The notes under the pieces: generated by a model | What the model saw: only the letters and a program-made list of their open reading frames with translations | Database searches by the model: none | What the model was told of the DNA's origin: nothing | Made by a program: the position numbers and the translations under genes | Shown here: piece by piece, positions 62,180 to 64,000 of the stretch | How the letters are laid out: every line of letters begins with the position of its first letter | Position numbering within the stretch: the stretch's first letter is position 1 | DNA from: Ruditapes philippinarum | Lineage: Eukaryota | Direction of reading: 5' to 3' | Length of the DNA: 64,000 nucleotides | Assembly (NCBI RefSeq): GCF_026571515.1 | Contig: NW_026864970.1 | Location: 1 to 64,000 of the forward strand

Positions 62180-64000
62180 CTTATTATTATTATCATTATT
62201 ATTATTTAGTATTATTATTATTTATTTATAATAATAGTAACAATATTAATAATAATAATAATAATTATTATTATTATTATTATTATTATTACATGTAATA
62301 TTATTATTATGATAATAATTATTATTATTATTATTTCGTCACATAAATACAAATAAATGCAATAAAGAAATCTGTTCAATTCAGTTCATATGGAATTGCT
62401 TTCATCAGAATTGCCTTAAAGCAGCACAAGTGACTTATCTAATTTAAAGGATGGATTATATTAGGTGGCATAATACGTTTGAAGAAGTTCATTTGTCATT
62501 CGTTAATAGGGTTTTAGCATAAATTCCCCCCTTGTGATTTATGTGAAAGCTCATCATCGTTTAAATCTGACTACATGGTGATATCTTTTTTTTCTTTTCT
62601 TTTTTCGGGGGGGGGTGTTGTTTGTTCTTTCCTGTTTTTTTTTCTTGCATTAGCTTTTGCGTGACACATTAATGCTTGATAAATGGTACTTATTTTGGAA
62701 TCGATTTTACATTGAGGATCGATGATCTTATAATATGTTCATCCTGAAGAAGATTCGATATAACCGAAACCTGTAGAGAATTATAAACACTATGGTGCAA
62801 CACAATATTTTCTGCTATTATTCTTTTTTTCCATATTTTACATTTTTATTTATTTATATACATTTTTTTATTCTTTAAATGAAATGAATGTTAAAATTCT
62901 ATGATAATTTTTCTATATTAGGTTCAATGTGAACTGATAAAATGTGTTAAAATGTGATAAAATGTGCTGATATGACCTTTTTTACACCTACTATTTCTGC
63001 ATATCAATGATTCTTTCGATGGAACATAAATTATCATTCAATATACACCTACTAGAAAACTATTTATGAAAGTCTTTACAAGCTGAAGTATTGGAGGATT
63101 TTAATATAAATCTGTAATAAATCATTAGTCCTGTGATATATTTCTTTTCCCTATGTAAGCATTTGATACACTTGTATCTAATTTCAAAGGTGATACCCTC
63201 TACTCCAAACAAATATAACATTGATCTAGTATGATCATAAAATGTCATGAAATATTCAAATTTATCAAATTTCTTTAAGATATATGTAGAGTGTTCTCAA
63301 GTGTAAATGTTACTTGTAGCGAGTATGGAAAAGGCAGTGATTTATGCCATAGACATAAGTGTCTTATATATAATTTATAAATGACATGGTTACAAAAGTT
63401 CATTTTTAATTACATTTTTAAATTCTAGATGCATGAGATACAAGAATAAAGCAGTCCAGAAAATGTTTGTAGATGTCAAATTGGAATATGTTATTTTGAT
63501 ACAATATTGCGTTTACAACTATTTATCTTGTTGACCTTCCCTACGAACGCACATTTACACACTGGTTTCTCCTTTTAGACATTTAATTTCATTTATAAGG
63601 AATGCGCCACGACAGATTACCATGTCATACTCACGTGGGCTAAGTTTTCTAGATCTCCGATACTTAAAAGCCTATTTGTCTGAAAAAAAGTTATACTGAT
63701 CAATTCAGTTGACATGGAAATGCATTTTAGCTGCACACATGTCTTAAGGTTAATTTAAGATTGGAATGGATTAGCTTTGGTCACAAAATATGCTTGAAGA
63801 AGGTCATTTATCATTCTTTTATTGGGGTTTAGTTTAACACTCCCAAATAATTAATGAGAAAATTCATTATCGTTCAAATGTGACTTCATAATTACGTTTA
63901 TTTTTCCTTGTGTTTTTATTTACAGAAGCCTTTGGATGCAGAAAGTCATGTTACACATTCTTCTCTGTACAAAATAACAGATGTTACGTGAAGTATTTAG
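62180..64000 (+). repeat. Older diverged partial unit U4
   Basis: Same order as U1-U3: (ATT)n, module M5a (62378), M6-like segment (63317), ttattttgatacaatattg (63491), module M5b (63702). Spacers are largely unalignable. Confidence 0.8.
62737..62780 (+). ncRNA. Degenerate minimal type I hammerhead ribozyme motif (Penelope-like element relic)
   Basis: ttcatc-CTGAAGA-a-gatt(cgatat)aacc-GAAAC-ct-GTA-gagaa has the CUGANGA and GAAA cores, a GUA triplet and a near-palindromic stem III (ACCTGT). Stems I and II each have one defect. Confidence 0.45.

Noticed and set aside
833-63248. Short ORFs of the six-frame track as genes
   Set aside because: They are 60-119 aa, rich in I/F/L/K/Y as expected from AT-rich DNA, often start at non-ATG codons, and paralogous copies mostly break frame. 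Only the Tc1 fragments look protein-like.

Overview
AT-rich (roughly 70% A+T by eye) eukaryotic DNA, most likely from a bivalve mollusc. That call is inferred from its repeats: satellite-carrying Helentron/pearl-type elements, a GAG...CTC palindromic MITE and a tRNA-headed SINE. I cannot support any intact protein-coding gene. The listed ORFs are short, and where paralogous copies exist they break frame. The only protein-like signal is a decayed Tc1/mariner transposase (31527-31935). Most of the window is two gene-less tandem-duplicated arrays. Left array: unit A (~1197-15060) and unit B (~15122-27450), plus older partial copies at ~170-490 and ~28480-30290. Right array: units U1 (~38245-45440), U2 (~45441-51858) and U3 (~51859-56990), plus older partial copies at ~37036-37170 and ~62180-64000. 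Short modules recur inside the arrays at greater depth than their flanks. One is a ~190-bp module in 9 copies that can be folded as two hairpins with an ANANNA hinge and an ACA tail, followed in half the copies by a splice-acceptor-like site. Others are a ~60-110-bp module in 9 copies and a Cdx/Hox/Fox-site-rich module in 5 copies. The most interesting hypothesis is a tandemly amplified non-coding system: either a small-RNA host-gene array or an amplified enhancer array. This is inference and needs RNA or chromatin data. Several transposon insertions can be delimited because a paralogous empty site lies in the same window. All alignments, identities and folds were done by eye.
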